Part shown: in pieces, positions 1-11,000 of the stretch
How positions within the stretch are numbered: position 1 is the first letter of the stretch
Layout of the letters: every line of letters begins with the position of its first letter
DNA from: a virus
Virus record (IMG/VR): IMGVR_UViG_3300032308_002010
Location: 64,001-128,000 of that record
DNA length: 64,000 bases
Reading direction: 5' to 3' (one strand)
Position numbers and translations under genes: made by a program
Notes under the pieces: generated by a model
What the model saw: only the letters and a program-made list of their open reading frames with translations
Told to the model about the DNA's origin: nothing
Databases searched by the model: none

Positions 1-689
1 TCTACATATTTTACAAAAGAATCGATCAGCGGTAACTGGGTATGGCTGTTGACGGGCACGGTAAGGCTGGCAATTGCCGCCTTGTACTTCATCGAGTGAA
101 TTGCAAAATCTTGAAAAAACGTTGATACACCACCCGCTGCGTCCGGCTTGGGAATCTCTAGGCAGCGGTTAATTGCCGCATCTAGTACGTATTTCCCGCC
201 GCGAAAACCAAGTAGTTTCCACAGCAGGTCGTAGTGCCGCTCTTGAAGCCCGCGCGTCACAGCGTCGGCCATAACAACATTAACGACATAATCCGTGTTG
301 ACGAGCTTATCGCGCACGTCAAAAAACGTACTGGCGTAAGCTTCGATTGTCTCAACTTCTGTGCCTAGTTTGTTGGCAATTTCTTGATCGGACTCGCCGG
401 CCAGAATGCGGGCTTCAATTGCCCAGCGCGTCGGTTGCTTATCGGCAGCCCAGAGCGAATGCGCCCAAAACATTGCGCCGTCGCGTAGCATGGCGCCGTA
501 CGTCGCGGTTGGGTCGTTATTCGCCTGCTCGAAGTGCCGCTTAAGCCGCAAAGCCCGGCGTATCCACACAAAGCCGTCCGCGCCGTCGAGCGCGCGGGAA
601 GCCTTTCGGCCGCCGCTGTCGATTTGTACAGCCCGCAGCCAACGCCAGTTTGGTGGGCGCAACGGGTTGGTGCGGAACGCGTTAAGCAT
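1..689 (-). CDS. Partial ORF running off the left edge; hypothetical protein with an HTH-like segment
   Basis: Manual translation from ATG at 689 (MLNAFRTNPLRPPNWRWL...EARILAGESDQEIANKLGTEVETIEAY...) has no stop before base 1. The start overlaps the stop of 682..1341. Confidence 0.7.
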   Translation of the reverse strand, partial: MLNAFRTNPLRPPNWRWLRAVQIDSGGRKASRALDGADGFVWIRRALRLKRHFEQANNDPTATYGAMLRDGAMFWAHSLWAADKQPTRWAIEARILAGESDQEIANKLGTEVETIEAYASTFFDVRDKLVNTDYVVNVVMADAVTRGLQERHYDLLWKLLGFRGGKYVLDAAINRCLEIPKPDAAGGVSTFFQDFAIHSMKYKAAIASLTVPVNSHTQLPLIDSFVKYV

Positions 690-1341
690 TTTGATCAACA
701 AACCCGAAACAGACTGTGCAGTAATATTCGGCGGCACCGTAGTTAAACGTCACACTACTCATTGTTCCGTCGATTCGAATGATGTTAAAGCCCTCTTCAC
801 CGACAAACTGCGTGTACTGGGTAGAGCTTACTTGATTTAGATACGTTGTTTGCGTGTTAGGAACGGTGTCGTTTGACGACCAAATCGGCGTAAACGGTTT
901 TGGCGCGCCATTCTCGTCAAGCACTTGTACGGGAACTGTTCCATTCGCTTGACCAACACTCGCAAACGCAACTAAGGCGTTCGTGACGGGCGAACTAAAC
1001 ACCGCAGTAAATACCCCGGCCTGCGTGTTTGCGATTTGATTACCGCCGAGTGGTATGCCGTATTCTGCCGGGAACAGGGAACCTGCGACCATGCCAGTGT
1101 GCAAAAACATACCGCCGCCGCTCTGGGTAATCGCGACTGTGATATTGTTTTGCCCGATTCCAGCCGCCGCGGATTCAGTCACAGAATTCATCGTCATCCA
1201 CTGAAACCCGGAACTGCCGAAGTCCGATTCAAACACTAACGTATTGCCCAGAAACGCCTTGAACACATTACCGTAGCCGACCCTGAGCGCCGTTATGTTG
1301 AGCGAGCGAAAAAATATGTCGCTGTTTACTGTTGCGGGCAT
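682..1341 (-). CDS. Putative virion decoration/tail-associated beta-rich protein
   Basis: 219 aa. The N-terminal 'ITALRVGYGNVFKAFLGNTLVF' motif is typical of small phage tail proteins. It is packed against the neighbouring genes. Confidence 0.5.
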   Translation of the reverse strand: MPATVNSDIFFRSLNITALRVGYGNVFKAFLGNTLVFESDFGSSGFQWMTMNSVTESAAAGIGQNNITVAITQSGGGMFLHTGMVAGSLFPAEYGIPLGGNQIANTQAGVFTAVFSSPVTNALVAFASVGQANGTVPVQVLDENGAPKPFTPIWSSNDTVPNTQTTYLNQVSSTQYTQFVGEEGFNIIRIDGTMSSVTFNYGAAEYYCTVCFGFVDQNA

Positions 1342-1346
1342 AACAA

Positions 1347-2279
1347 TTACCCGTTAATGATATACAGCGTCGCGGCATCTTTGGTCGTCAACGCATCGTA
1401 AACGGCTTGACTAACAGCGACAATATTTGTGATAGCAACAGCGTCGGTAAGCCCGGTAACGTCGCTTTCGATGTAGTTGTTTGCGCCGCCACCACCGCCG
1501 CCGACAATTTCTACCGTTGTAGTGTCTTCAAGACCGGCGTACAGTTTGTTTTCTTCTACGTCGTACAGCATCTCGCCCGGCTGCACGTTGATCGGAGTCG
1601 GGTCTAATTCGCTAACAACCTCGCGTCGGCGGTTCGGGAAGTGCATGGCCCTGAAAACACGCGTAACAGCCTCAACCGGACCTTCGCTGATTTCGAGGTA
1701 CGTGAAGTAAGCCTTCTCGTTAGTCTCGGTATCAAGGTCGGCGTGGAAACCGATGCGGTAGGCGCCAGCCGGAAGAACCTCTTCTGCAATCGTAATCGTA
1801 TTAACAGGAGAGCCACTTGCGCTGCTGCCTTCAAACAATTCGTGCGTAACGGTTTCCTCGACCGGGTTATAGGTCACGCGCGCCGTATACGTATCTCCAA
1901 CTGTGAGGAAGTACTCCCCGTTAGTGCTGTTATTGTTTTGCCCGTTAATTTCTGGATTGCCGCAGTTGTATTGAACTGCAATGCGGGATGCGTTATCGCC
2001 CCAACTCCAGTATGGTTCAACGTCGGCTTTGAAAAAACAAATGCCGTGGTCGGGGCAGGCGTCCTCTCCGTCGAAGTCGACGCCGGCGTGCACAAACGTG
2101 TAAATAACTACGACAGTCGTATCGCCGTCGATGTCATAGTTCGTGCGGATAGGGTACGGCGCGTCGCTCGCGTCGCCGGAGAACCACATGCCGGTAGAGT
2201 CAAAGCCAAACGCTACGTCCGCGTCTGGAAACGTGTCGAGCCAAAACGGTTGTGTTTGCAGATTGCTAGAAACACTCAT
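1347..2279 (-). CDS. Putative tail/decoration protein with lectin-like beta domain
   Basis: 310 aa, acidic and beta-rich. The C-terminal 'ITNIVAVSQAVYDALTTKDAATLYII' motif is typical of phage tail proteins. Confidence 0.5.
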   Translation of the reverse strand: MSVSSNLQTQPFWLDTFPDADVAFGFDSTGMWFSGDASDAPYPIRTNYDIDGDTTVVVIYTFVHAGVDFDGEDACPDHGICFFKADVEPYWSWGDNASRIAVQYNCGNPEINGQNNNSTNGEYFLTVGDTYTARVTYNPVEETVTHELFEGSSASGSPVNTITIAEEVLPAGAYRIGFHADLDTETNEKAYFTYLEISEGPVEAVTRVFRAMHFPNRRREVVSELDPTPINVQPGEMLYDVEENKLYAGLEDTTTVEIVGGGGGGANNYIESDVTGLTDAVAITNIVAVSQAVYDALTTKDAATLYIING

Positions 2280-2302
2280 GCTATTTCCCCAGTATGTGCC
2301 GC

Positions 2303-2722
2303 TTACCGAAGCGTTGGCGTTTCGACGGTGACGGTCAGCACGAAATTCTTGGCGCCGCTACCGTTCGGTTTGATTCGCAGATACAAAAACCGCTGCGGAT
2401 TTGACGGCGAACCATCGCGATTAAGATAGGCCACGTTTACGTCGCTGTTCTCGGCAATCGCTACGACGTCTTGATCGGATACGACGTCAGCAAAGTCCGC
2501 CAGACTAAGCACGTGAAATGCTTCAGCCGGCAAAGTATTATTCGGCGCTGTGTCCTGCTTGCTGGAATAAAGGTCAGCCTCAAACTTGTTGTCGGCGCCG
2601 GTTAGCTGAACGAGTGCGTACCCGCGCAAAATTGCCCGGTGCGGCATCTTTACCGGCACAGTTGTTTCAGTGCCGCTTGGCGCAGTAAACGTAGTGGTAC
2701 CCGACCAAATCGTGCTAGCCAT
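2303..2722 (-). CDS. Hypothetical protein (possible virion protein)
   Basis: 139-aa ORF co-oriented in the gene string, with GGGGA upstream. Confidence 0.6.
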   Translation of the reverse strand: MASTIWSGTTTFTAPSGTETTVPVKMPHRAILRGYALVQLTGADNKFEADLYSSKQDTAPNNTLPAEAFHVLSLADFADVVSDQDVVAIAENSDVNVAYLNRDGSPSNPQRFLYLRIKPNGSGAKNFVLTVTVETPTLR

Positions 2723-2731
2723 TTTTCACCT

Positions 2732-5137
2732 TTATGCGTTAGCGATAGCGCCAAGATCAATATCCTGCGCGGCTTCTTCGGGATACGGCTCGATGGTCTT
2801 TTGCTTGAGGAACAAGATCACGTCGCCGAGCATTTCAAACGCGTTGCGCAGCGAGTCTTCTAGTTCCGGCATGTCAGACTTGCCGTAACGTTCGGCAAAC
2901 CGGTCACCGTGCCAGTAGAACATGAATAGAATGCGGCCAAGCTTATCGAGACCCTTAGTGAGTTCGCCCATATACCTGTCGACGAGCGAGTCGTCGCGAA
3001 CGGCGCGCAACATGGCGCCGACCATGGCGGTGTCGAACACTTCGCGCTGGCCGCTCTGGGCGGCGTCGATGACAGAGCGAACGTCGCGCTGGTCGAGCAT
3101 CGTATTCGGGTTATAGACGCTGCGGTCGGTTTGGCTGGCGCTCATCCCCGGTACCTGCACGGCAGTATCGATACCGAGCTGCGTCGGAACGCTCGTGCCC
3201 ATGATGCTTTCGCCACCCATAACCGGGCCCGGATCTGTGGGCGCGGAAGGCGCGCCGTTAATCATCATTGGCGCGCCGTACGGATCGGCGTACTTGACGC
3301 GGCACTCAAACTTACGCTTGGCGGCTGCTTGCTTTAGGATTTCACGGGCAGCGTGCTCACGAAGGCCGTGGTGTTCTACCAGCGTAACAAGCGCTTTAAC
3401 GGGGCTCAGATTAGCTTCTTTGTTAATTGTTACCGACGAACCGTTGTGGTAAACAGTTAGCGCGGCAGTCTTCTGCAGCAGCGCCAGCTGGGCGTCTACA
3501 AGATTGCCGGGCATCAGAGCCGGCGGGTCGCTAGCGCCACAACCGCAGGCGCTTTGATCTTCTGCGTTTTCGGCGTCGTCTTCGCCCTTGGTGACTTTGA
3601 GCAGCTTGAATCCTTCCGGCACGTAAATGTCGCCCATGCTCGCGCGCAGGCTGGCGCCCTTCTTGCCGTTAAGATGCAAACGTACGCCGTCGCGGTACTT
3701 GTCGTAGTTCAGCGGGTCCGTGTAGCAGCAAGCGCCGATTGAACCCTTGGGCGGGTACTTTGAGTGGTCCTCAAGATGCACTTCGTAAACAGTGCTACCG
3801 TTGCTGTCGCCGTACTCTTTAATCACGCGAAACGGCGCTGTCGTATCGCCGCGCTTGCTGAGCGCGATGTATCGAGCATCTTTGCCCGATACGCTGTTGG
3901 CGTCAGGCAGGCCATCAAACCACTTGTCAAACTCTTCGCCTTCAATGCGGGCAAGAGCAAAGACTTGGTCGGCGCGGGTGTTGAGCCAGTTACGCGCACC
4001 CTCGACGCGCACTACCGTAATGAAGTTTTCACGCTTGGCTGCGCCTTGCGGATGTACAGCTACGTAGCAACGTTCAATGTTGCCCGGCTTGACTAGAATC
4101 TCGTACAAGCCACTTTCGGTCGGGTTAAACAGCTTTTTCTCGACCTGAATGTGGTACGGAATCGATACGTTATCTCGGTCGCGCTCGTCTTGGATCAGCA
4201 CTCCATCGCGCAGCAGCTTTTCCTGATCTTCTTCGCTGTGGCCGACTGGTGCCTTGGTCTGAATCGTAACGTCATATGTGATAACGGTTAGACCCTTAAC
4301 AGACGCCGGTTCTTTAGGCGCCTCAGACAAGACGCTGGCGATCTTAGTACTGGCCGCAACTTCACGTGCCGCAGCATCCGCAATGGCCTGCTTCACGATA
4401 TCTAAACCGTGAAACTCCTCAATTGCGGCAGCCATTTGCGGCGCGTGTTTGCAGGTGTTAATAAGAGTGCCGATCATTTCTCGGCCGGCCTGCTTCAGAA
4501 ACGACTGCAGATTTAACGCGTCGCCCATTTCTTTGAGCGCCTGCGCGGTATTTAACGTAGCGCTCTTGGCGAGAGCCGGCATTGCGGCCGTCATCATTTC
4601 CTTGAGCGTGGGCTGCGCCGAACCAAACTTGGCCGGGCTGCGCGAAAGCTGTGTGAAGTCGGGCTGGCGCTGGCCGAGACCCGAAAGATTCCGCTCGACG
4701 CCGCTGCCCAGAATGTTGGGCTTACGATTAACGAGATAGTTAATCCAGTTTTCCTTGAGCGGCACGAACATGTCCTGATTCTTGATATACAGGAGTTCGT
4801 GGCCCTTGAGGTCGCCGTTGAGGAAGAACACCGGCGCATACAGCCAGTTTGAGCCGACCTTGAACGCAAAGACGCCGACCGCCTTGGTGTTTTCGCGGTT
4901 ACGGTCAAGGAGCTGGAAACCGATTTCGTGGTCGAGTAGCTTCGGGGCTGAGTCGCGCAGATAGGCGTGGGCCAGATTGCTAAACGACTGCTCGAAGGAG
5001 GTGTCGTCGCCCTTGCCGCCTAAATCGGCGTATTTGGTCTGGGTGCGGTCATACGACTGCATCACCTTCAGCCAATGCTTAACAGACGACTCTTTCGCTT
5101 TTTTGTTATACACGGCCAGCCTCCATGCTGCGCTCAA
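2732..5137 (-). CDS. Large hypothetical protein, probable virion core protein with K-x-A motifs
   Basis: 801-aa ORF directly downstream of the RNAP genes. Internal TKYAD, AKSAT, TKIAS, QKTAA and VKYAD motifs. Confidence 0.7.
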   Translation of the reverse strand: MSAAWRLAVYNKKAKESSVKHWLKVMQSYDRTQTKYADLGGKGDDTSFEQSFSNLAHAYLRDSAPKLLDHEIGFQLLDRNRENTKAVGVFAFKVGSNWLYAPVFFLNGDLKGHELLYIKNQDMFVPLKENWINYLVNRKPNILGSGVERNLSGLGQRQPDFTQLSRSPAKFGSAQPTLKEMMTAAMPALAKSATLNTAQALKEMGDALNLQSFLKQAGREMIGTLINTCKHAPQMAAAIEEFHGLDIVKQAIADAAAREVAASTKIASVLSEAPKEPASVKGLTVITYDVTIQTKAPVGHSEEDQEKLLRDGVLIQDERDRDNVSIPYHIQVEKKLFNPTESGLYEILVKPGNIERCYVAVHPQGAAKRENFITVVRVEGARNWLNTRADQVFALARIEGEEFDKWFDGLPDANSVSGKDARYIALSKRGDTTAPFRVIKEYGDSNGSTVYEVHLEDHSKYPPKGSIGACCYTDPLNYDKYRDGVRLHLNGKKGASLRASMGDIYVPEGFKLLKVTKGEDDAENAEDQSACGCGASDPPALMPGNLVDAQLALLQKTAALTVYHNGSSVTINKEANLSPVKALVTLVEHHGLREHAAREILKQAAAKRKFECRVKYADPYGAPMMINGAPSAPTDPGPVMGGESIMGTSVPTQLGIDTAVQVPGMSASQTDRSVYNPNTMLDQRDVRSVIDAAQSGQREVFDTAMVGAMLRAVRDDSLVDRYMGELTKGLDKLGRILFMFYWHGDRFAERYGKSDMPELEDSLRNAFEMLGDVILFLKQKTIEPYPEEAAQDIDLGAIANA

Positions 5138-5194
5138 AATTAGACACAGTATTAATTTACTGCGTCGAAGTCTCTATATCCTACAAAAACGGGC

Positions 5195-7075
5195 TCACGG
5201 CTTCCACCCGCTTGTTGTGCCTGTTACGCCAAACTGCTCGCCCTGCGCTAATGCCGGCACATAACTGCTTCCCGCGGTATCGCTACTTAGCCCGCGCTGG
5301 ACGCTATTCATAAGTCCTTTTTCCTGATACGAACCCAACATGCGGGTCATCCAGTCCGGGTCGTTTGAGATATTCGCCATGCCGCGCACCATTTCAGGCT
5401 GGAACGGCGGCGGCTCTTTATGGGCTTGAATCGTTTTTACGCCGTATTTATTCAAATTGCTCAGCACGTTTTTACCGATCTTTGTGCCAATTGAATAGTG
5501 CAATACCGGTTTTTCAAGATAATGCCCGGTTAATGTGTTAGGCGCGGCAGAAACGCTGCCTTCGCGCGGCGTCCAATTACGCTCAATAGTTGAATACGGC
5601 ACAACGTCGTCGGGTACGTAATCGCCGTACTCGTCATTTAATCGAACGTGATTGACAAGACCGCGCGCCAGTAGCTCGATGTTGCGCCTGTGGGCTGTAA
5701 TACCGCTGTTACCCATGACCTGCCGCATTGCTTGTACAAAATAACGCCGGCCCTCGCCTACGCCTTTGTGCCGAACAATTTCTGCTGGATTTGGCATACC
5801 CTCTGATATAACGTCTCCAGCTTCAAGCTCATCGCCTTTTTTAACCGACAAATTTCTCTCTGTCGGCACGTAGTGGTCCTGACCGTTGATCTGCACATAG
5901 TGCCCGCCCTGCGGAGCCGGGCGAACTTCTTGTACCCGGCCGTCGAGCTGCGCGTGCACGGCGCCATCTGGATATTTCTTCGGGACCTGTACAAGCGCGT
6001 TGAGCGCTTTAAAACCCGAAATTGCACCTGCGCCGCCAACACCGCCAGAGTGCTTTGAGCTAATCTGGCTTTGCGTGACAGGTTCCGACAGCGCTTGTGC
6101 CGCGGTAATACCCACATAATCTCCAATAGGCGGCAAACGGCCTTTTTCCCTATAGCCAACGTCTTTTGCATAAACTCCGCCGTCTCCGGGCCCGCCAACA
6201 ATAGGACTGCGAACTAAGATATCTTTAGCGCCGCTCTCTTTCAGATCACGCAAGATCTTTGGCGTCAGCAGCGTATTGCGTTTGTACGGCCCAACCGCGC
6301 GCGCCAGCATTGCGCCCTCATTGTCTGGGTCGTCTACGTCTGTGGGATACCCGCGCTCTTCGGCCATTGCGCGGCGCTCTTCGTCGGTGTCGTCATCGTC
6401 GTCTGCCGTAACGAGCAGGCGGTGTGTCATCTGCGCCAACTGCTTACCGTAGAAGCCGGCATCGGCGGTAGCTGTCTTCAAGTCGATTACGCCCTTGCGG
6501 GTACCGAATGCGCCGGCAAAGTATTCAACGGGGCGTAAGCCTTGGCTATACCCGCGCAGCACAGGAATTGGAATCGGGTCGCCGCGGTGATCAAGGTACT
6601 GCATGTCAGCGCCGAGGATCGAGTTTAGCTGAAACTTATTGCCGACGCCTGCGCCCGCGATTTGATGCACCAGTGGATTGTCTTGACCTTCCGCTTCTTT
6701 GTACACCTTATCCAGCAGTTCTTGCTGTGCCGCCTGCGCGAGCTCAAGTAACTTGATGTTGCGCTGTTTTTCGTCCATCCGGCGGTCGTCAAAGATATCG
6801 CGCATTTGGTTTTGTACGCGCAATTGAACGTTGCGGGCGGCGAGCGTTGGCCGAATGTCTTTAAGCCCGAACGATAGCCCGTTTGTCGTATAGCCCGCGT
6901 CACGCCCAATGTCGTGAAGGCGCTTCATGACCTCGCGATATTTTTCTGGGTGTTTTTTCGCTAATTCGGTCGCAACGCCGGACATCGTCTTCTTGTTAAG
7001 CACGCGGTCGTAGTCGCGCATTTCGGGCGGCAACGCTTCATTAATCAGAAGTTGTCCAAGCGTTGTCTTCAACAT
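5195..7075 (-). CDS. rpoC: RNA polymerase beta' subunit, C-terminal half (RpoC2-like)
   Basis: Starts 'TTLGQLLINE'. Bridge helix 'GLRPVEYFAGAFGTRKGVIDLKTATADAGFYGKQL'; trigger loop 'GITAAQALSEPVTQSQISSKHSGG'. Confidence 0.93.
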   Translation of the reverse strand: MLKTTLGQLLINEALPPEMRDYDRVLNKKTMSGVATELAKKHPEKYREVMKRLHDIGRDAGYTTNGLSFGLKDIRPTLAARNVQLRVQNQMRDIFDDRRMDEKQRNIKLLELAQAAQQELLDKVYKEAEGQDNPLVHQIAGAGVGNKFQLNSILGADMQYLDHRGDPIPIPVLRGYSQGLRPVEYFAGAFGTRKGVIDLKTATADAGFYGKQLAQMTHRLLVTADDDDDTDEERRAMAEERGYPTDVDDPDNEGAMLARAVGPYKRNTLLTPKILRDLKESGAKDILVRSPIVGGPGDGGVYAKDVGYREKGRLPPIGDYVGITAAQALSEPVTQSQISSKHSGGVGGAGAISGFKALNALVQVPKKYPDGAVHAQLDGRVQEVRPAPQGGHYVQINGQDHYVPTERNLSVKKGDELEAGDVISEGMPNPAEIVRHKGVGEGRRYFVQAMRQVMGNSGITAHRRNIELLARGLVNHVRLNDEYGDYVPDDVVPYSTIERNWTPREGSVSAAPNTLTGHYLEKPVLHYSIGTKIGKNVLSNLNKYGVKTIQAHKEPPPFQPEMVRGMANISNDPDWMTRMLGSYQEKGLMNSVQRGLSSDTAGSSYVPALAQGEQFGVTGTTSGWKP

Positions 7076-7076
7076 G

Positions 7077-7316
7077 TCACGGCGTCCAAACTATGTTTTG
7101 CAACGACTTGGGCTGAAAGTCAGTTACAACAACTGTTTTATTGATACCTAGCGCCCGTAACATAGGATGAAAATCTTTTTCACCCACTGTCGAATACACA
7201 ACGGCTTCGTCGACCTGAATGGCGACAAATAACGGATTGCCTAGATCGTCTTCGACAACGACGCTGTGGGCTTTCTGTTCAGCGGGTTGAAGGCCGTGCT
7301 GCGTTTTAACCAGCAT
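7077..7316 (-). CDS. Small hypothetical protein between RNAP genes
   Basis: 79-aa ORF whose stop abuts the rpoC-C start and whose start overlaps the previous gene. Confidence 0.6.
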   Translation of the reverse strand: MLVKTQHGLQPAEQKAHSVVVEDDLGNPLFVAIQVDEAVVYSTVGEKDFHPMLRALGINKTVVVTDFQPKSLQNIVWTP

Positions 7317-8031
7317 TGTCCGCGATACTCCGAATCATGGCGGCGATAGCATTTGCTTTAATCTGCATTGCCGTAGGCGCGTTCGGATTCGCGTAGCTGG
7401 GGCCAAACGGCCGACCAATCGAAGACGCCGACTTCTCGGCGCGGTCCCACCAAGCAGCCTTAGCGGGGTCGCCTTCCGGGGGTGCTGCGTTCGGCGGCAT
7501 CGGGCCGCCCGGCGGTAGCGGACCGCCCGGGGGTTGCATACCAGCTTGCGCGTTCGGGTCTTGCGGCGGCGGGGCCATAGGGCCGCCGGGAAGCGCTGTT
7601 TCGGCCGGCGGGGCACCGGTCGTTCCGGGCGGAAGCACAAGAGACTCTGGCGGGACTTGCACGCCCATCGCGTTCATGATTGCGGTGAGCTGCTGCTGCA
7701 TGTTGTACAGTCTGTAGTCGAGCATTTGCATCATCTGCTCAGGTTTAAGCTTTTGCTGCGCGCCAGCTGGGGCTGCACCCGGGGCAGCGGGAGCGGCGGG
7801 CGCTGCAGGAGGAGCAGCTGGCGGCGCCATTCCCATGGCCGCAGGATCAGCCGGCGGCGCGGCGGCTGCAGCAACAGCAGACGGATCAGCCGGCGGGACG
7901 GCCCCCATGGCGGCGGGATCAACCGGCGCGGCACCGGCGGCAGCGGGATCCACTGCCGCTCCGGGCACTAATGCGGATTTTTCAAAGCGCGCCTTCGCCA
8001 GCGCAATGAGTTCGGGGTTTACCGTGAACAT
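7306..8031 (-). CDS. Pro/Ala-rich disordered protein with EKSA motifs
   Basis: 241 aa, low complexity; FEKSA and AEKSA motifs; GGAGG SD upstream. Confidence 0.7.
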   Translation of the reverse strand: MFTVNPELIALAKARFEKSALVPGAAVDPAAAGAAPVDPAAMGAVPPADPSAVAAAAAPPADPAAMGMAPPAAPPAAPAAPAAPGAAPAGAQQKLKPEQMMQMLDYRLYNMQQQLTAIMNAMGVQVPPESLVLPPGTTGAPPAETALPGGPMAPPPQDPNAQAGMQPPGGPLPPGGPMPPNAAPPEGDPAKAAWWDRAEKSASSIGRPFGPSYANPNAPTAMQIKANAIAAMIRSIADNAG

Positions 8032-8052
8032 ACAACCTCCATGTTTAACGAT

Positions 8053-11000
8053 TTACGTATTATCTTCCACAATATGCACTGGGGTGTCCACCTCTATTTC
8101 GCCGCGCCGGTACGCCTGTACGGCATCCTGTTTGCTACGAAATACGCGTGGTTTGGACTTCTTACTAATCCGACTAGACGCCAAGTATAGGCCAGTTTGA
8201 TAGTCTTTGTTAGGCACATAGTGCGCTTTGAAAGTCGACGCTGCAAACAAGTTCTTGCTCGGCAACATCTTTTCTACAGCTTCTTTTGCCGCATCTTCTG
8301 TGCTCGGGACGTGATACTGCATTGCGTCGCCGTCAAAATCGGCGCCAAACCCCTTTGTAATAACGGGGTTTACTTCCATGACTTTGTTCTTAGTTAACTT
8401 GGGGTAGAACGCCATCATGCCGTAACGGTGGAGCACCGGCGCGCGATTAATAACAATTGGACGCGAGGACATCTGCCGGTCTAACTCCGCCCCGGCTTCT
8501 TTGTTCTTGTCCTCGACAGCCTGTAGCGCCTGCATACGCGGTAGACCGCGGCGCACAAGACCCCGCACCACGAATGGCTTGTAAATATCCCACGCTTTCT
8601 CTTCCGGCAGCGCAACCTCGTCCATGTCCAAATCGGGGTTGGGTGTAATGACTGCGCGGCCAACAAGGTCGACTGTCGAGCTGAGCAGTTTGCGCTGGAC
8701 TGTGCCGTACTTGGGCGAGTTACCAAACACATGCCGCAGGAAACCCTTAACGTTGCGCTCGACGTTCTTGGGCTGCTGCGGTTCGCCAAGGCCGCTCACG
8801 GCTTTCATAGAGTCATAGACGCTCAGCCGCTCATCACCGTAATCAGCCAACGTGCCCGACGCTTCTTTCAGCGTGTCATTCGCGTCGAGTAGTTCTTTGT
8901 ACAAATAGTTAGCGTCAGCCACGAGCGGCAGTTTTTTACTGCCCATTGTGCTCACTGGGCGGAAGAGCGGCGGCAAGACGGGAACTTTATTGATCATCCA
9001 GTCTTTGGGGTGCACACCAGTTGTCTCGGCGCTTTTCAAAAAGCCAAGCCGGCGGACAGCAGCATCGCGTAGTGTTTTGCGGCCGGATTTAATATCTAAA
9101 CGCGCCTGCTCAATTGCCTTCGGTAAATTAATACGTTCTAGTGCGGCCTTAATCGCAACGGGTCCGGTTTTGTCGCCCAGCTGCTCACGCCCGGCTAGCA
9201 CGCTGCGGAACTGCTTTTCAGTCATGCCCAGCACGCGCCGAATTGGGTCTTCCATAACTGGGTTAGGAAGCGGCTCGTGCAGCGTAATCTTGCTCCATCG
9301 GTTACCGCCGTGACCGCCAGTCAACGTTTCATCGAAGAGGCCGCCCGCGATTGGCTTGAGCCGGCCCTTCCAGTCAACCGTCTCGGAACTCTTTAACTCA
9401 CGGGCGCCTGCTAGCTCGTCGACGTCTTTGTCGGTCATAGCCATCAGATTTGAGCGCGTACCCTTACGCACGACGTTAATACCAGACGCCTTGAGCTGCG
9501 TGACGAACTTCTCGTAGACATGGGGCACCTTGGGAAGCGGCGGAGTGTAGCCGGCCATGAACTGCGACCAATACTCTGGGTTCGCTTGTCCGCGCACCAT
9601 CTTGGCGTCGCGAATAACTTTACCGGCACCGTGAGAAAGTAACGCGCCAAGGTCGAGCATGCCGACGCGCTTGGCGCCTTCGCTGCCGCCTTTAGCCGGC
9701 GTGCCCTCAGCGGTGTACGCGCCCATCGACCGGCCCTGCGCTTTTGACTCGCTGGTGTGGTGCAACTTCATGAAAAACCGGCTACCAGTCAGTACGCCGC
9801 CGATTTTACGTCCTGTTTCAGGATCGATGACGTCTTCGGTATCTGACAACCCGTGCTTTGAGAGTTCTTTTTGCGCAAACTCAATCAGGTCTGTTTTGTT
9901 ATCAAAGTCTTTAAGCTTGTACGACGAACCGGTTTTAGCTGCGACCTTGCCTAGCGCGGCTTCGATAACCTGCGCGGGGTTAATACGGCTGATCAGGCCC
10001 AGCGGCGAGACGAGAACTTCAAAAGGATTGCCATCGCGGTCTTTGGGCATCTGGTCGTCCGGGACAATCTCAGCCACGACACCCTTGTCGCCAAAGCGCC
10101 CGGTGAGCTTGTCGCCAACGTCCATTGGCGCTTGGTTCTTCACCACAACGCTTACGCCTTTTTTGGTGTGCATAACGTCGGTCACAATACCCGGGGCGTG
10201 ATGCTCCCACGTGATTGTGTCGTTCGTGAAGTTGCCGGCACGACCACGATGCACTTTGCCGTACACGCTGTCTTTCTTCTTAGCCACGAGCACAAGCGGA
10301 TCGCCAAATTTAACTGCGGTGCCTTTTTTAATAGCGCCGTCGTCGTCAAAGTTGTCGAGATACTTTTTGTCGTACTCGGTCGGGAACAAACTCACGAACG
10401 CCTTCTTGCCAACGTGAGTGTTGTCGTCCCACTCGGCTTCGTGCTGATACATATGCTCAGACGTTAGCCGTTTGGATGCAGATTCAGAAATTACGACTGC
10501 GTCTTCGTAGTTCTTGCCGCGAAACGGTAGATATGCCGTACGCAGATTTAAACCGAGCGCTGCGCTACCTTTTTGATCGGTAAAGTTTGAGCGCGCAAGT
10601 AACTGCCCCGGCTCGACGGTATCGCCCGGTTTTACGAGCGGCGTTTGGTGTAAAAACGTCTTCCGGTTGTACGGCATCTCGTTGTATAAATCGATCGTCT
10701 TTTTGTTGCCGTCTTTGTCACGCAGCACTATGCCATCTGGCGTGACATCAACTACCTGCGCGCGCTCAGTGGCTCGTGTCGCCCCGAGCTTTTCGCCCAT
10801 CTCGTCTTCGTGCGACACACCCTCGTCGTCTGCCTTGGCGGATTGCAGCAGCGGCGCCTCGGCGTTTACGAGCGGAAGCGCCTGCGTAAACATACGACTA
10901 CCCATGATCACGCGATGGCCTTTGATCATGGACTTAATCGGTACCATGTTGGACAGTGTCGAGAACGTCGAGTCCATGTTTGGCAGGCTGAACTGCGCTT

